Shown piece by piece: positions 38,624-50,100 of a stretch of 64,000 nt of DNA. Under the pieces are notes generated by a model that did not search any database, was not told where the DNA came from, and saw only the letters and a list, made by a program, of their open reading frames with translations. Location of the stretch: the IMG/VR virus record IMGVR_UViG_3300032327_000953, positions 1-64,000 of that record, one strand, 5' to 3'. This DNA comes from a virus. Lineage: Duplodnaviria > Caudoviricetes. Numbering within the stretch: the first letter of the stretch is position 1; each line of letters begins with the position of its first letter. Position numbers and translations under genes: made by a program.

Positions 38624-40543
38624 TTAGCTTTCAGAAATTATAGTGGTAATTATATGAACAATAATAGTGTCTTTAAATGACCTGATTCCTTTGGCCATAA
38701 ATACCAGAAGAAAGGAAGCTTTATCCTCAAATGTATTTACACTATCCTGACTACCAAATAATATTTTAAAGTTGTCTTTGTCAAAAAAATCATTACTATC
38801 TAAACCTATTTGGCAGAAATCTGTCGTGGGTATTAGCTCTAATAACGAGCTTTGATCAGTATATTTTGGAATATCTAAAGTTACATCAAAAATTCTCGCC
38901 ATATCCGGATCAAATTTAACAGTTTGTGTCGAATATAAAATCCTATTTGATTCTATACTACCATTTTTACCAGTATCTATTGTTATTTTAGCATTATTAG
39001 AACCTGGATAGACATATTGTTTCAAAACTGAACTAATTGACAACTTTGCTGCTCCATCTGGCAAGCTATCAAAAGAATGAGCTGATGGATAATTTAAAGA
39101 TTGGGTATAGCTATTTAATGGAGTAATCTCTTTTTTAAATTTTATAGTCTTGATAAAATCTGACTGTATATTGTTAATGTTATATACATCTATACCAAAA
39201 GATATTTCAGGAATAGTATTTTCTGCTATTAAACTATTTGGTATTCCAATATTATGAACATACATAATTTTGATATTCTGTTCATCGCTACCAAAATCAC
39301 AATAACTATCTTTTAATGACTCTAATAAAATATTTTCTCCATCAATAAACCATGTATCTTTAGATGAAACTTCAAAATTTTTCCCTCTGATATAGGCTTG
39401 AGATAAATCAAGATTAGAATCGCTATTTGCTGTGCTTAATACATATAGTAGATTATCATCTATATTAGAATATAGTTGTCCCTCCCAAACAAATTTAGCA
39501 GAGAGCATTTTCATTTCATCGTTGGATATGATTATCTTTGGGTCTGTTGCTAAAGACAATGGGTTCTGATCACTATTAACTTGTTCAATCGTGTCAACAT
39601 TACCACTCTCAGTTTCGTATATTGAGGGGGCATAAATAAGATCATCAACATAAAATGCTGAAATATTACAAACAAAAGAGTATGGACAACGAACTAACAG
39701 TCTAAGTTTTTTAACTAACATTGGTTCTGGCACTAGAATAATCCTATTACTAATAACACTATTAGCAATATTTGATAAGTTAAATGAATATACAGAATTT
39801 AATGTTGAATTTTCAATTGTTGGATTAACATCAATAACAGCAAAATTACTTTCGTTAGTTTCTCCATTAACTGGATCCTTAATGATCTGATTAAAAATAC
39901 CAATTGGATTTAGATAAGTAGTTATATTTTTTTCTTTATCAAAGTACACTCCTACATTTGTCATATTTGGCATACTAAGAGTTCTATTGCTAATAGCAAC
40001 ATCTATAAATTCATTAACACTGTCTTTTACTAAATATAGTAGTCTATTTTCTGTTAATGCTGAGTGTATACTGTTCTTATAATCATTTTGAGATATTATG
40101 CTTCCATTATGCAAATCTATAAGATTATTAAGATCGTCGTTGGTATATTGTAATTTTATTTCTGGATATGGTATATCATTTAAGGAATTTAAGCTATTAA
40201 TATTAGACAAATTATTACCAGTTAAACCCATCAAATCAATATAGTTGGTAATAAAATTAAATCCAAGAACAATAGATCCATGAATTAATGTTGGCTCATC
40301 AAAAACGATATCTATGTAATAGCTATTACTAAAATTAATTTTGCATGTATTTAAATAGTTTTTAATAAATGAGTCTGATATTATTTCTAGTTTATCTAAA
40401 TATACATCTTGTGTTTGTGATAAATTTAATACATTATTTGCGGAATATTGGAATCCGGGATTTTCTGCCCCTGCAAGAATATAGGATATATCATTATTTG
40501 ATAATATATTAGTTTGATATGTAATGTTAGAGTATGTTGTCAT
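38624..40543 (-). CDS. Hypothetical virion protein, Asn/Ile-rich and beta-rich (639 aa)
   Basis: Long co-oriented ORF inside the tail cluster with SD AAGGA. Weak galactose-binding-fold-like strands (VKKLRLLVRC); no firm family. Confidence 0.55.
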   Translation of the reverse strand: MTTYSNITYQTNILSNNDISYILAGAENPGFQYSANNVLNLSQTQDVYLDKLEIISDSFIKNYLNTCKINFSNSYYIDIVFDEPTLIHGSIVLGFNFITNYIDLMGLTGNNLSNINSLNSLNDIPYPEIKLQYTNDDLNNLIDLHNGSIISQNDYKNSIHSALTENRLLYLVKDSVNEFIDVAISNRTLSMPNMTNVGVYFDKEKNITTYLNPIGIFNQIIKDPVNGETNESNFAVIDVNPTIENSTLNSVYSFNLSNIANSVISNRIILVPEPMLVKKLRLLVRCPYSFVCNISAFYVDDLIYAPSIYETESGNVDTIEQVNSDQNPLSLATDPKIIISNDEMKMLSAKFVWEGQLYSNIDDNLLYVLSTANSDSNLDLSQAYIRGKNFEVSSKDTWFIDGENILLESLKDSYCDFGSDEQNIKIMYVHNIGIPNSLIAENTIPEISFGIDVYNINNIQSDFIKTIKFKKEITPLNSYTQSLNYPSAHSFDSLPDGAAKLSISSVLKQYVYPGSNNAKITIDTGKNGSIESNRILYSTQTVKFDPDMARIFDVTLDIPKYTDQSSLLELIPTTDFCQIGLDSNDFFDKDNFKILFGSQDSVNTFEDKASFLLVFMAKGIRSFKDTIIVHIITTIISES

Positions 40544-40559
40544 AACCTATATCCTTTAT

Positions 40560-43500
40560 TTATTTACATTCACAATTACAATTATTTTTACTTACTATAA
40601 TGTTGCTTGTAACAGCAGGGAAAAGTGTCGAGCCAATGCCCCATTGTATAACTTGTTCAGCAGTATTATTGACTAATATACGCTGACTTGGTGTTGGTGT
40701 TACACTAGCAGTATTGCTAGGGGTAGTAGTTGGAGAACAAGTTATTGTGCTTGTTGTTGTTGGGGTTGATGTAACTGTTGGGGTATTTGTTGGAGTTGCT
40801 GTGAGGGTCCCAGTTGTTGTTGGTGTTGGTGTTGGGGTCAACATACCAGTAGCTGTTGTTGTGGTTGTTGTTGTTGGTGTTGGCGTAAGCGTTGTGGTTG
40901 ATGTATTTGTTGGTGTTAGAGTTATTGTACTAGTAGGTGTTGGAGTGCGGGTATTAGTTGGTGTTTGGGTTGGTGGAATAATGCTTAGATAAATATCTAT
41001 AATGTAAGAAGCACTATCACCATCAATTGCTAAACTATAATTAGTCTGAGTTAATGATGTATTATTAGTAATTGATAGTAAGCCACTTCCCACCTTACTG
41101 CTATCAATAGTGTCTGTTGCTACAGTATTATCTGATACGTTCCAAATCGAGCCCAATTTTAAGGACAATGAATTAGAAGCAGATGGTGCTGCGGTATAAG
41201 AAACTAAAACCATATTTTCTAATTGTAATCCAGAATTAACGCTGAATCTTAAATAGTCTTGAGATCCACCAACTATTGATCCTGACAATCTATTTCTACC
41301 AGTGGTTAGATTAATAAATGTTGGATTAGTTGCAATATTTGATAAGACACCGTCAACATTCTCTGCATAAGCTGTGGCCGCTTTGGTAGCAGATGGTGTT
41401 GGGCTGCATGTTTGGGTTGGAGTGGCTGTTCTAGTTAGTGTTGATGTTGGAGTTACTGTTATTGTTGATGTGGGGGATAATGATGGAGTTGTTGTTGGGG
41501 TTGGAGTTAATGTTGTTGTTGTTGTTGGTGTTTGTGTATTAGTTGCTGTGGCTGTGGGTGTTCCAGTTTTGCTAGCAGTAATACTTGGAGTACATGTATT
41601 AGTTGTTGTTGGAGTTTTTGTGCTAGTAATAGTATTTGTTGGAGTTACTGTTGGTGTTCCAGTTGCGGTTAAAGTTGCTGTTGATGTTAGTGTTGGTGTG
41701 GGTGAAGCAGTAATTGATGGGGTTATTGATAGTGTTGGAGTAGCTGTTGGTGTTGGTAGTGGAGTGGCTATAACAGACTCTGTTCCTGGAAAGGTTGGAG
41801 GAGTAAAATTTCTATTATATCTTGCAACACCATTTGTTACTCTTATATCATTAAGATAAACTTCATCTATAACATTATACGGGTCTCCACCAATACATAT
41901 AGAATTATCCATTTCCAAAATTGAAGAATCATTAACTGAAGTTATTAAAACGCCGTTCAGAAATGATCTTAAAACACCATTTTCTCTGCTGAAAGCCACA
42001 TGATTCCACATAGGAGGAATATATGGATTACCTAAATATGTTATAGTATCAGTTCTACCATTATAATATTTAAATCCACCACCAATAGAAAAACGAAAAG
42101 CTGGTCGATATGCATCTGTGGTTAAAAAAGCTGTACCATAAGGATTATTATAGTAATTAGGTATATAAATCCTAGCCTCGATTGTAAAGTCTTTATTTCC
42201 AAATCTAAATAAGTTTTTATCAGTAGGAGTAATTCCAAGGGATGATCCATAATTAAAATGAAAACCATTGGAGGTAATCTCTACAGCCTTACTACCATAA
42301 GCTACAGAAGCCCCAATTCTTTGATGGCGGTATTGGCTATAATCTTTGAAATTAACGGTCTGAATAGCATAGCCACCAGCGTTACCAGAATAGGTTGTAT
42401 ATTGTCCTTCTCCTGATGAATACATTAATAAGGAAACATTATTAAAAAATGGATCGTTTGATAAATTAACTACTGTTGGCGTTGGAGTATTGGTTGGTGT
42501 TATTGATGATGTTGGAGTATTTGTTGGAGTCTTTGTTGGCGTTACTGATGTTGTTGGAGTGTTAGTTGGAGTAACCGTAGATGTTTGAGTACAGCTTAAA
42601 CTGCATGTTGGAGTCACGGAACTAGTAGGAGTACTTGTTTTTGTTGCAGTGACTGATGGGGTGTTGGTTGGAGTATTAGTGGCTGTACAGGTTGGTGTTG
42701 GAGTTATTTCCACTACAGGAATTTTTACGCTATATGCTGAAAGAGTGGTTGGTCTATCTTTAGCAAAGCGTGGCTCGCGCATCTGCATATCCACATACCA
42801 CATAAGTTCTCGTTTAGTATTATCAATACCAAGTGAAGTTATTGGAAAACCATCTTTATCAAAATTAATAGATTCATTTAAATTGGGAACAATAATGTCA
42901 TTACTCATACCTACTGGAAACATTGTTAAATTTACATCATCTAACACTCCAGCACCAAGATATCTAGCTATAGTACTTAATTGAGCATCAGACATAGCAC
43001 CAATTGCACTTTCTACAAAAGAACTTGCAGTAAATGGATTTGTTCCGTATATTGGATAATAGCCAATATTACTGACTGTCATTATTCTAGTTTGAACGCT
43101 AACATTATCTTTACTTACAGCATAAGTCAATTTATTAGTTGAAAAAAAGCTTTTATCAAGATAAGTTGGTAGCATGGTTATATTTGGGGCAGTGTTGCTC
43201 AACACTATTAGTTCTTTTTGAACCATTTTATTTTTAATAGTAGAATATTCTTTATATCTAGAAACATAATGAACATACGTATTATTAAGTAAAGATTTTA
43301 GAGTTACAGATTTTACTTCTCCATTATTGGTTCTATATTTTATATATTGACCTGTTGGATCTGTGACTGTCGGGGATAATGTTAACCCACTAACCTCAAC
43401 CATAGCTCCTGTTCCAAATCTATTATATCCCTGTTTTGTGAGTAAAGAATCATCAGTACCTCCTAACTGAATTGAATCATCCAGACTATATATTAATGCT

Positions 43501-44963
43501 ATCGTATTAACATTATAGTTTGTGTTATATGCAACGGTGGGGACTGATTTGATAACAAGCTGTGCTGGATCAGTTCCGATAAATCTTTTCCATGCGTAAG
43601 GTTGATTTTCATATATACTAAGTGGATGATAAATTGTAATAAGATTTTGACTATTATCAAATTTTTGTATATTATATATGGCTGATGTTGTTGAGTCATA
43701 ATTATCAAAAGGTAGTATGCCTCTACGATCAAATGGAACAAGATCTGACTTTAATATTGGATTTACTTTTTGTATTGGAACAACCGTATCTGGCGGTATG
43801 ATTATTGGTGTTGAAGATATTTCTGTTGGATCTACTAGTTCCAATTCCCAATATGCTATTTCTTCGACATCTCTTGGTGTTGTATATTGAAAATAAGGAG
43901 ATTTAACATAGTTGAAAAAAACATCTGGAGTCAAACAACAAGGAATTGAAACAGAATCTTTGCATTCATTTTGATAGGATGGCCATGGTGCTCCAATAGC
44001 TAAAGACTTATTTGCTGAGTATTTTGTATTATCTTTTAAAAATTGCTGAAAACCTTCCAAAATATCATTATCAGCATTAATAGATCCAGCAGCATTAGGT
44101 CCTCTCCATTCAAGATAATCTGTATATGCTTCAATATTCAAAAAATTCTCAAGTACAACATTTTTTTGAAAATATTTAGCTAAATTAAATGGTTCTGTTT
44201 TCTCAACAATACTTTTAATATACATTTGTATAGTTGGCTGGTCAGCTGCGTATGATGAGGTACGCCAGTTCATACCAGTTGATATTTGTAATGGAGATTT
44301 TTTAAGAATCTGAGAGTCTACTGCAAATGGAGCCGCAGCATCAGGAGCTCTATATCTCCAATAATCAATGGCACCAGAACCAATAGAACCATTACCTTCC
44401 GTGAAAAGAGGAACTGCAATATAAATTAAATTTTTGGTTAAATCATTTATAGTGGGATATAAATTTTTAAGTAATGTAATACTTCCTAAATCGGGTTTTT
44501 CCCAACGTTTATTATTTTTACCAGGAAGATTTGTTTGAGTCCATGACCCACCATAGTTGCCCTTTAGTCCAAGACTATCAAAAAGATTATAATAACAACG
44601 ATTACCATTAACAACATTAGAAGCTGAAAAAGAAGACACTAACTCTTTGCATCTTATGCGAAGATTTTTCATTCTATTTGGATAAATTCTAATAACATAA
44701 GTACTATTTGGAGAATTAGAACCATCTTTAGAAACAATTTCTATATCATAGTCATTTTGACCGCCATAGTCCAAAGCTTTGCCTTGAGTAACCTGATATT
44801 TGGTATCGATAAGTAACCATTCCCAGCCATAATCAGATCCAACAATTTTAGTTTGACGGCTACGCGTACTGATAGAAGTTATTGCCATATTGGCTGAATT
44901 AGTCATAGGATAACTAGTTTTAATATATGACAGTATTTCTTTACCAGTTTTTTGTGATGGCAT
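40560..44963 (-). CDS. Adhesin with LamG/ConA-like lectin, PPC-like domain and three T/P tracts (1,467 aa)
   Basis: [10 protein letters not shown]...[11 protein letters not shown]...[15 protein letters not shown]...L.DIRVT.GVARY..NFTPP (LamG, about 41785-42460); ENVDGVLSN...PT...L..G.N..SG....DY..F.V..G (PPC-like, about 40987-41372). Confidence 0.8.
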   Translation of the reverse strand: MPSQKTGKEILSYIKTSYPMTNSANMAITSISTRSRQTKIVGSDYGWEWLLIDTKYQVTQGKALDYGGQNDYDIEIVSKDGSNSPNSTYVIRIYPNRMKNLRIRCKELVSSFSASNVVNGNRCYYNLFDSLGLKGNYGGSWTQTNLPGKNNKRWEKPDLGSITLLKNLYPTINDLTKNLIYIAVPLFTEGNGSIGSGAIDYWRYRAPDAAAPFAVDSQILKKSPLQISTGMNWRTSSYAADQPTIQMYIKSIVEKTEPFNLAKYFQKNVVLENFLNIEAYTDYLEWRGPNAAGSINADNDILEGFQQFLKDNTKYSANKSLAIGAPWPSYQNECKDSVSIPCCLTPDVFFNYVKSPYFQYTTPRDVEEIAYWELELVDPTEISSTPIIIPPDTVVPIQKVNPILKSDLVPFDRRGILPFDNYDSTTSAIYNIQKFDNSQNLITIYHPLSIYENQPYAWKRFIGTDPAQLVIKSVPTVAYNTNYNVNTIALIYSLDDSIQLGGTDDSLLTKQGYNRFGTGAMVEVSGLTLSPTVTDPTGQYIKYRTNNGEVKSVTLKSLLNNTYVHYVSRYKEYSTIKNKMVQKELIVLSNTAPNITMLPTYLDKSFFSTNKLTYAVSKDNVSVQTRIMTVSNIGYYPIYGTNPFTASSFVESAIGAMSDAQLSTIARYLGAGVLDDVNLTMFPVGMSNDIIVPNLNESINFDKDGFPITSLGIDNTKRELMWYVDMQMREPRFAKDRPTTLSAYSVKIPVVEITPTPTCTATNTPTNTPSVTATKTSTPTSSVTPTCSLSCTQTSTVTPTNTPTTSVTPTKTPTNTPTSSITPTNTPTPTVVNLSNDPFFNNVSLLMYSSGEGQYTTYSGNAGGYAIQTVNFKDYSQYRHQRIGASVAYGSKAVEITSNGFHFNYGSSLGITPTDKNLFRFGNKDFTIEARIYIPNYYNNPYGTAFLTTDAYRPAFRFSIGGGFKYYNGRTDTITYLGNPYIPPMWNHVAFSRENGVLRSFLNGVLITSVNDSSILEMDNSICIGGDPYNVIDEVYLNDIRVTNGVARYNRNFTPPTFPGTESVIATPLPTPTATPTLSITPSITASPTPTLTSTATLTATGTPTVTPTNTITSTKTPTTTNTCTPSITASKTGTPTATATNTQTPTTTTTLTPTPTTTPSLSPTSTITVTPTSTLTRTATPTQTCSPTPSATKAATAYAENVDGVLSNIATNPTFINLTTGRNRLSGSIVGGSQDYLRFSVNSGLQLENMVLVSYTAAPSASNSLSLKLGSIWNVSDNTVATDTIDSSKVGSGLLSITNNTSLTQTNYSLAIDGDSASYIIDIYLSIIPPTQTPTNTRTPTPTSTITLTPTNTSTTTLTPTPTTTTTTTATGMLTPTPTPTTTGTLTATPTNTPTVTSTPTTTSTITCSPTTTPSNTASVTPTPSQRILVNNTAEQVIQWGIGSTLFPAVTSNIIVSKNNCNCECK
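40688..42710 (-). repeat. Three Thr/Pro-rich tracts (about 42470-42710, 41380-41770, 40688-40975) separating the LamG and PPC-like domains
   Basis: Direct translation; several tracts contain isolated Cys residues. Confidence 0.9.
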
Positions 44964-44979
44964 AATTCAAATTTCCTAA

Positions 44980-46518
44980 TTATTGAAAACGTGTAGGAGT
45001 TGGAGTGGGAGTTGGTCTAATACCATAATGTATTCTGCTGGTAGTTGGAGTAATGCTTGGAGTTACAGATGGAGGACAGAAGTTTTCGTCACAAACAGCT
45101 AAAGTCAAGTAAGATGTTGTAACAACACCAGTATCAAGATTGATAAGTCTCACTTCAACAATAGTTCTTACTTTATCAGAAATACTTATATATGTTCCAA
45201 ATTTTTGTGAAGAAAATCCAGTGGATAAATATCCTGAGTTCGGCTCAAATATTGTTCCGATATCATTATCTAAATCTTTAGGGAATGGAACACCCTTATC
45301 AAATACTCTGAACTCGTAATAGTAGTTAGCAGTATCATTAAGATTATTTGCTGTAACTCCAATGAATATTTTAGCACAGCTTTCGCAATTATCTATCTTC
45401 AATAATGAACCATCATCAAATGATACCATATGTCTAGGTAGTGTTGGGGTAACTGTGGGCGTTGGAGTTGGCATATTAGAAACTCTATCAATATCAAAAC
45501 AATAATTGTCTTCTGATAGTATAGCTTTAGTTGTTTTATCTACTAGTTTAATATACAAATCATAATGTCCTGGATAACTAATATAAAGAGTTCTATTAAT
45601 ATACCAATCATTAGGAATACTTTTTATAGTAAACTCAGCATCATCAATAATGTATTTTTTAGTTCTGATTAGGTATTCTGAATCTTCTAGCTCAGAAAAT
45701 GTTCCATATCCATCATATTCATATAGTCCATCAATACTATAGTCCTTATTAACTAGCCAGACTATACTACGATCTTCTAAACTAGAACTAAATTGTGAAA
45801 TTAATGTATTGTTATTAACTAATAGTTTTTTATTACTGCCACTCAAGGATAATGATGTTTTCTGTAAAATTATTTTATCTAAAACTCTAACATACTCTGG
45901 ATCAGGACAACTTACCAAGTCCAACATAACATCATATTCATTAAGATCTGATGCTCCAGAAATTTTAATGGTAATGGGGAATGGTTTCTGCTCTTTGAAG
46001 TTGAGATCAACTTGGTATCTCTGAGTTTTATCGTCTCCAGTGAAGCCTAAATTAATAGCATTGCTAAATGTTATATCTTTTTCAATCATTAATGAAGGAG
46101 CATATGTGGTGTCAAAATCATACCAAGTATATGGAAGTTCAGCTCCAGCTTTGTTAAAAATTATAATGCCCTGACCGGGATCTATTCTTTTTAGCTGATT
46201 AAACTTGTCTGTTACTCCAAAAAATCCCAAATAACTAGAAGAATTATTTGGATCAATAGCATATATCTTTTCTATTTTATTAAAAAATTCAGCATAATAT
46301 CTAGTTAATGATCCATTATTAAAAATATATAGTCCATTTTCTTTTGGTTCATTTTGCTTAGTTAATAAAACTAAATCGTTATTTACAAAATATGGATTAG
46401 TTGCATTGTTTATATTGATATTAACATCAAGAGTATAATCTGGAACTAATCTAAAAGGTTCGGTTCCTTTGTATTTTGTAATAGTTACCAAGTCATTAAT
46501 AATGTGTGAATTTATCAT
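44980..46518 (-). CDS. Adaptor-like virion protein (512 aa), paralog of 30698-31876
   Basis: Shared NKI.KIY...LPY.WY block; tail-fibre repeat DLVLLTKQ...ENGLY; C-terminal anchor module flanked by T/P linkers. Confidence 0.7.
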   Translation of the reverse strand: MINSHIINDLVTITKYKGTEPFRLVPDYTLDVNININNATNPYFVNNDLVLLTKQNEPKENGLYIFNNGSLTRYYAEFFNKIEKIYAIDPNNSSSYLGFFGVTDKFNQLKRIDPGQGIIIFNKAGAELPYTWYDFDTTYAPSLMIEKDITFSNAINLGFTGDDKTQRYQVDLNFKEQKPFPITIKISGASDLNEYDVMLDLVSCPDPEYVRVLDKIILQKTSLSLSGSNKKLLVNNNTLISQFSSSLEDRSIVWLVNKDYSIDGLYEYDGYGTFSELEDSEYLIRTKKYIIDDAEFTIKSIPNDWYINRTLYISYPGHYDLYIKLVDKTTKAILSEDNYCFDIDRVSNMPTPTPTVTPTLPRHMVSFDDGSLLKIDNCESCAKIFIGVTANNLNDTANYYYEFRVFDKGVPFPKDLDNDIGTIFEPNSGYLSTGFSSQKFGTYISISDKVRTIVEVRLINLDTGVVTTSYLTLAVCDENFCPPSVTPSITPTTSRIHYGIRPTPTPTPTRFQ

Positions 46519-46523
46519 TATGA

Positions 46524-47168
46524 TTAGATCATTTCTACTTTAATAACGCCTAAAGAACTATTATCATACGTTCCATCCTTGAATTTTGCAGATAATGGGA
46601 TGGGCTTACCATTAATAATATACACGAACTCAAATCCCTTCTCCGCATAATCTGCTACAGCCGATACTCTAGCAACCACTTCAAATGGGCCATCTATTTT
46701 TGATGCAAATAGAACATTGTAGGATTGTGGTAGTCCATTGATTGGTGATAATATGGGATTGAATCGTATTGAGTATCCTGTGGTTGTGCTAATGCTAATT
46801 CCGTATTTGGCTACATTGTAGGTTAGCTCTGTAAAGTTGTCTGGGGCCTCTAGAATAAAACCATAATTATTTGAGGGTAAAGTATTGCCATTTAAACATA
46901 CGGTGATTCCTGGGAAGTATACGATGTCCCCGGTTACTAATTTGGTATATAGATTACCTGTGATAGCATTTAGTACCAGTTCTCCCACTACCAGATCGTC
47001 TGAGCATGGATGATTAGTTGTGGTTTCGTCTCTTTTTAATACTATTCTATTTTGATAAGGTATAAATCCATCAACAATAGCTTTATGGTCTATAATAGCT
47101 GGTGGTTCTGGTTGAGTATTATTTGATTGATCAAATTTTGGGGCGCTAAGATTTTTTGGAAAAGACAT
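46524..47168 (-). CDS. Small fibre adaptor with an Mtd-N / hyaluronidase-N-like motif (214 aa)
   Basis: IVLKR.......L..GEL.LN..TG.LYTK is the common N-terminal trimerisation motif of phage fibres, followed by a short beta-sandwich. Confidence 0.6.
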   Translation of the reverse strand: MSFPKNLSAPKFDQSNNTQPEPPAIIDHKAIVDGFIPYQNRIVLKRDETTTNHPCSDDLVVGELVLNAITGNLYTKLVTGDIVYFPGITVCLNGNTLPSNNYGFILEAPDNFTELTYNVAKYGISISTTTGYSIRFNPILSPINGLPQSYNVLFASKIDGPFEVVARVSAVADYAEKGFEFVYIINGKPIPLSAKFKDGTYDNSSLGVIKVEMI

Positions 47169-47175
47169 ACTTCAC

Positions 47176-50100
47176 CTAATTGGTCCCTTCTTCACAAACA
47201 TTGGTTTGATTATTACATTGTCCTCTAAATTTTACCACTCCACCATCTATAGTACGGAAATTTTTAAGTTCATCAACATATAGAGATGTTATTTTGATAT
47301 TTCCGACCATGCTAAAATTAGCAAAAACTGGAGCATATTGCTTTGGATTAGTTTCGCTAATTGGCTGATCTGGCTTTTCTCTATATTCTCTTATTGATGT
47401 TACTAATAGTGGCGATAGTGCCGAATAGTTGAAGACTAGTTGTTTAGTTGGACCTTTTTGATCTGGAGCTTGATAGTCTAAATATTTAAGATGACTTCCA
47501 GATACCAATCCCTTGTAACTAAATAATAATGACTGATCTTCTATAATAGTTCTACCACTATTATCTTTAGAACCAATCATCAATCCATCAGTATAAGTCA
47601 AACCTCTAACCGAAAGCTGAGCATACTGTGGCAGTGAGTCTTTGGCTCCAACAACCACGATATCATCAACAACCTTTGTGGTTTTTACTAATTGACGTTT
47701 AACTATTCTATACTTTACTTGACTATTAACTATACCACCAGTAGTATTTCTAGCAATATTACCAATCTTATTTTCTATCATTCCAAGATTAATATCTTTG
47801 AAAGAGATGTTGATAGAACCAGCAGCAACAGATTTTACAATAGCCTTGGTATCTTGATATGTATCATAAATAATTTCAACTATATCTCCAACTTTAATAT
47901 CTGTAGTAATACCAGTAATCTTATTGTCTGATTCAGCGTATGTTCCAATTAGATAGTCTGAATATAGATTATAGTCATAGTATAATTCGCTATTTATATT
48001 CTTTTCTAATTCTGGAGTTACATTAGTAATAGTCTTTTCGCCAAATCCATAGATAAATGGAATCTTGCTATTAATCTGAACAGTATTAGTTTTATTCTCT
48101 GCTACAATTAAAGAAGGAACAGAGTTTTGTTTGGTTGAACCATATACTGCAAAATTGATATTCTTACCATTTGCATTAAAGGCTGTCTCTATATTCTCTC
48201 TATTACTAATTACCGTATCTGGTGTTGTTCCTGGGAAATTGAATGTTAGGTAGCCGCCAATGCTTTCAGAAATGATAGCGACTTTTCTTAATGCTGAAGA
48301 AGAGTCTAATAGGTATGTTGCGTCTGCGACTTTAGATAATGTCTTATCTAGAACCACTGTTGTTCTGTTAGATCTATTATTTATAGCCTGACTTAAGTAT
48401 GTGGTATTTAATCCAACAACTCTGGCTCTTTCTATAAAACCAACTTCTGATAGCTGTCCATTAACCTCGGACATATACTTGTAATAGATTCTAACAATAT
48501 CACCAATATTGAATCGACGAGTTGCATCTCCATCAATAACAACTTCGGTAGTCTGTGATTCATTATTAAAATCTAATAAACCAGCCAAGGCATTAGTATA
48601 TCCATAATAGAATAAGTTTTCAGTACCATCAATATTCATTTCATTAGCATTGAGTGGTAGAGAAGATTCATTAAAGTTATTGATAAAATCAGTTTCTCTA
48701 TTTGGTAGAGGGTTCTTAGCAAATAATAAGCTATTTCTTGTAACCCCTCTTAGTCTCAGAACTGGATTTGATGTAACATTCTCATTTGTTATATTGATAT
48801 TATCTCTATACAATCTGGCACTATCAGAATCTAATCCTTCTACAGCAGTATTTGACACTATGCTTATTGGATCTAGTGGACCTTCTGTTAATTGAACATT
48901 TTGAACTCCAGCATTTCCTGTGGTTGTTAGAGTATTATTTGAAGAAACAGAACCGCCAAGAGGTGTCCATGTTGCTAGTCCATAGCTGTCGGACATCAAA
49001 ACCATTCCTTGAGTTGTCTCAAAGATTGGCTGTCCCTTAGCATCTACTGCTTCAATTAGCTGTCCATCAGCATTTGTTGTTAACGCTCTTCTGAAACCCT
49101 GTCCAATTCTAAGACCACTAGATGCTATCCAGCCTCTAACAGTAAGATCTGCAAAATTAAGACCACTTTGTACTGGATCGCATGGTTCGCACACATTAGC
49201 AGGAACCTTGGCTGGAAGCCAGCTTGGACGATCCGTATGAATCATAAACGAATTAATAGAAGAATTGAAATAGAATGCTGGAACTGTGGTTAGGAATGGG
49301 AAGCTAGCATCTTCTCGTCCTAATCCGGCTTGTTTCCATGATGCGTACTGACTAACATTTCCAAAAAGGAATTTGGATACTGTATCGTGAGGATATTTGG
49401 ATCCCGTACCATAAATAACAAAGTCTATTTCATCTCTACCTAAATTAAATGCTGTTGGTACTGCTCTTTGTATTGTGGAATATTTACCCTCTAATGGATT
49501 GGATCCTGGGCTAGTTGAGCTTGCGGTTTGGTCATAGAACCACCAACTTTGATACTGCTTACCTTCATATGTTCCTCCAACCATTGGTCTAATAATATTG
49601 AAATCATTGGTAGTTGGATTTGTAAATGGTGCAAGGTGCGGAGAAACTAGCTCATCATAGTTATATTTGTATTTGGGGACAACATAACTATTTTTACCAG
49701 CAAAATCTTTTTTGGGAATTGTAGATAGAATAATTTGTGGGGAAGATAGTCCGCCTGGGAATAGTTGGTTGGCTGGATCAACATCTTCACCCTTATCCAA
49801 ATCAACAGGTTGTGAATAGTCTAGTTTTCTTCTTCCAATACTAAATATAGACTGTTGTGCTTGACCAGCTTTTTCTAGATGTCTCTTAAACTCACTATTA
49901 GACCCGGCAATAGTATCAGATGGAGTTATATATGCTGCTGATTCTGGGATGAAGTATAGAGCATTATATTGTCTTGGAATAAAATGACTTGTATCTGTTT
50001 TTTGTTTGGCTTTAGCTAGATCTACTAACTTCTGGATATAGTCTATACGACCAGGATTAACAGCTAATAATTTTTCAACATCCTCAATTGGATAGCCACC

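Noticed and set aside
21519-42710. CRISPR array or DNA-level tandem repeat in the GTTGG/GGTGT-rich stretches
   Set aside because: The repeats are degenerate, in frame and explained by T/P codons; there is no constant repeat-spacer structure.
40714-42984. Plus-strand Val/Gly-rich ORFs (40714-40992, 41374-41859, 42649-42984; also 22921-23175)
   Set aside because: These are antisense shadows of Thr/Pro codons (ACN/CCN read as NGT/NGG), which lack stops by construction.
20136-47168. Eukaryotic or giant-virus (NCLDV) origin suggested by RCC1 repeats and mucin-like tracts
   Set aside because: SD sequences, ATGA/TAATG coupling, operon-like packing and tape-measure, hub and fibre motifs indicate a tailed phage.
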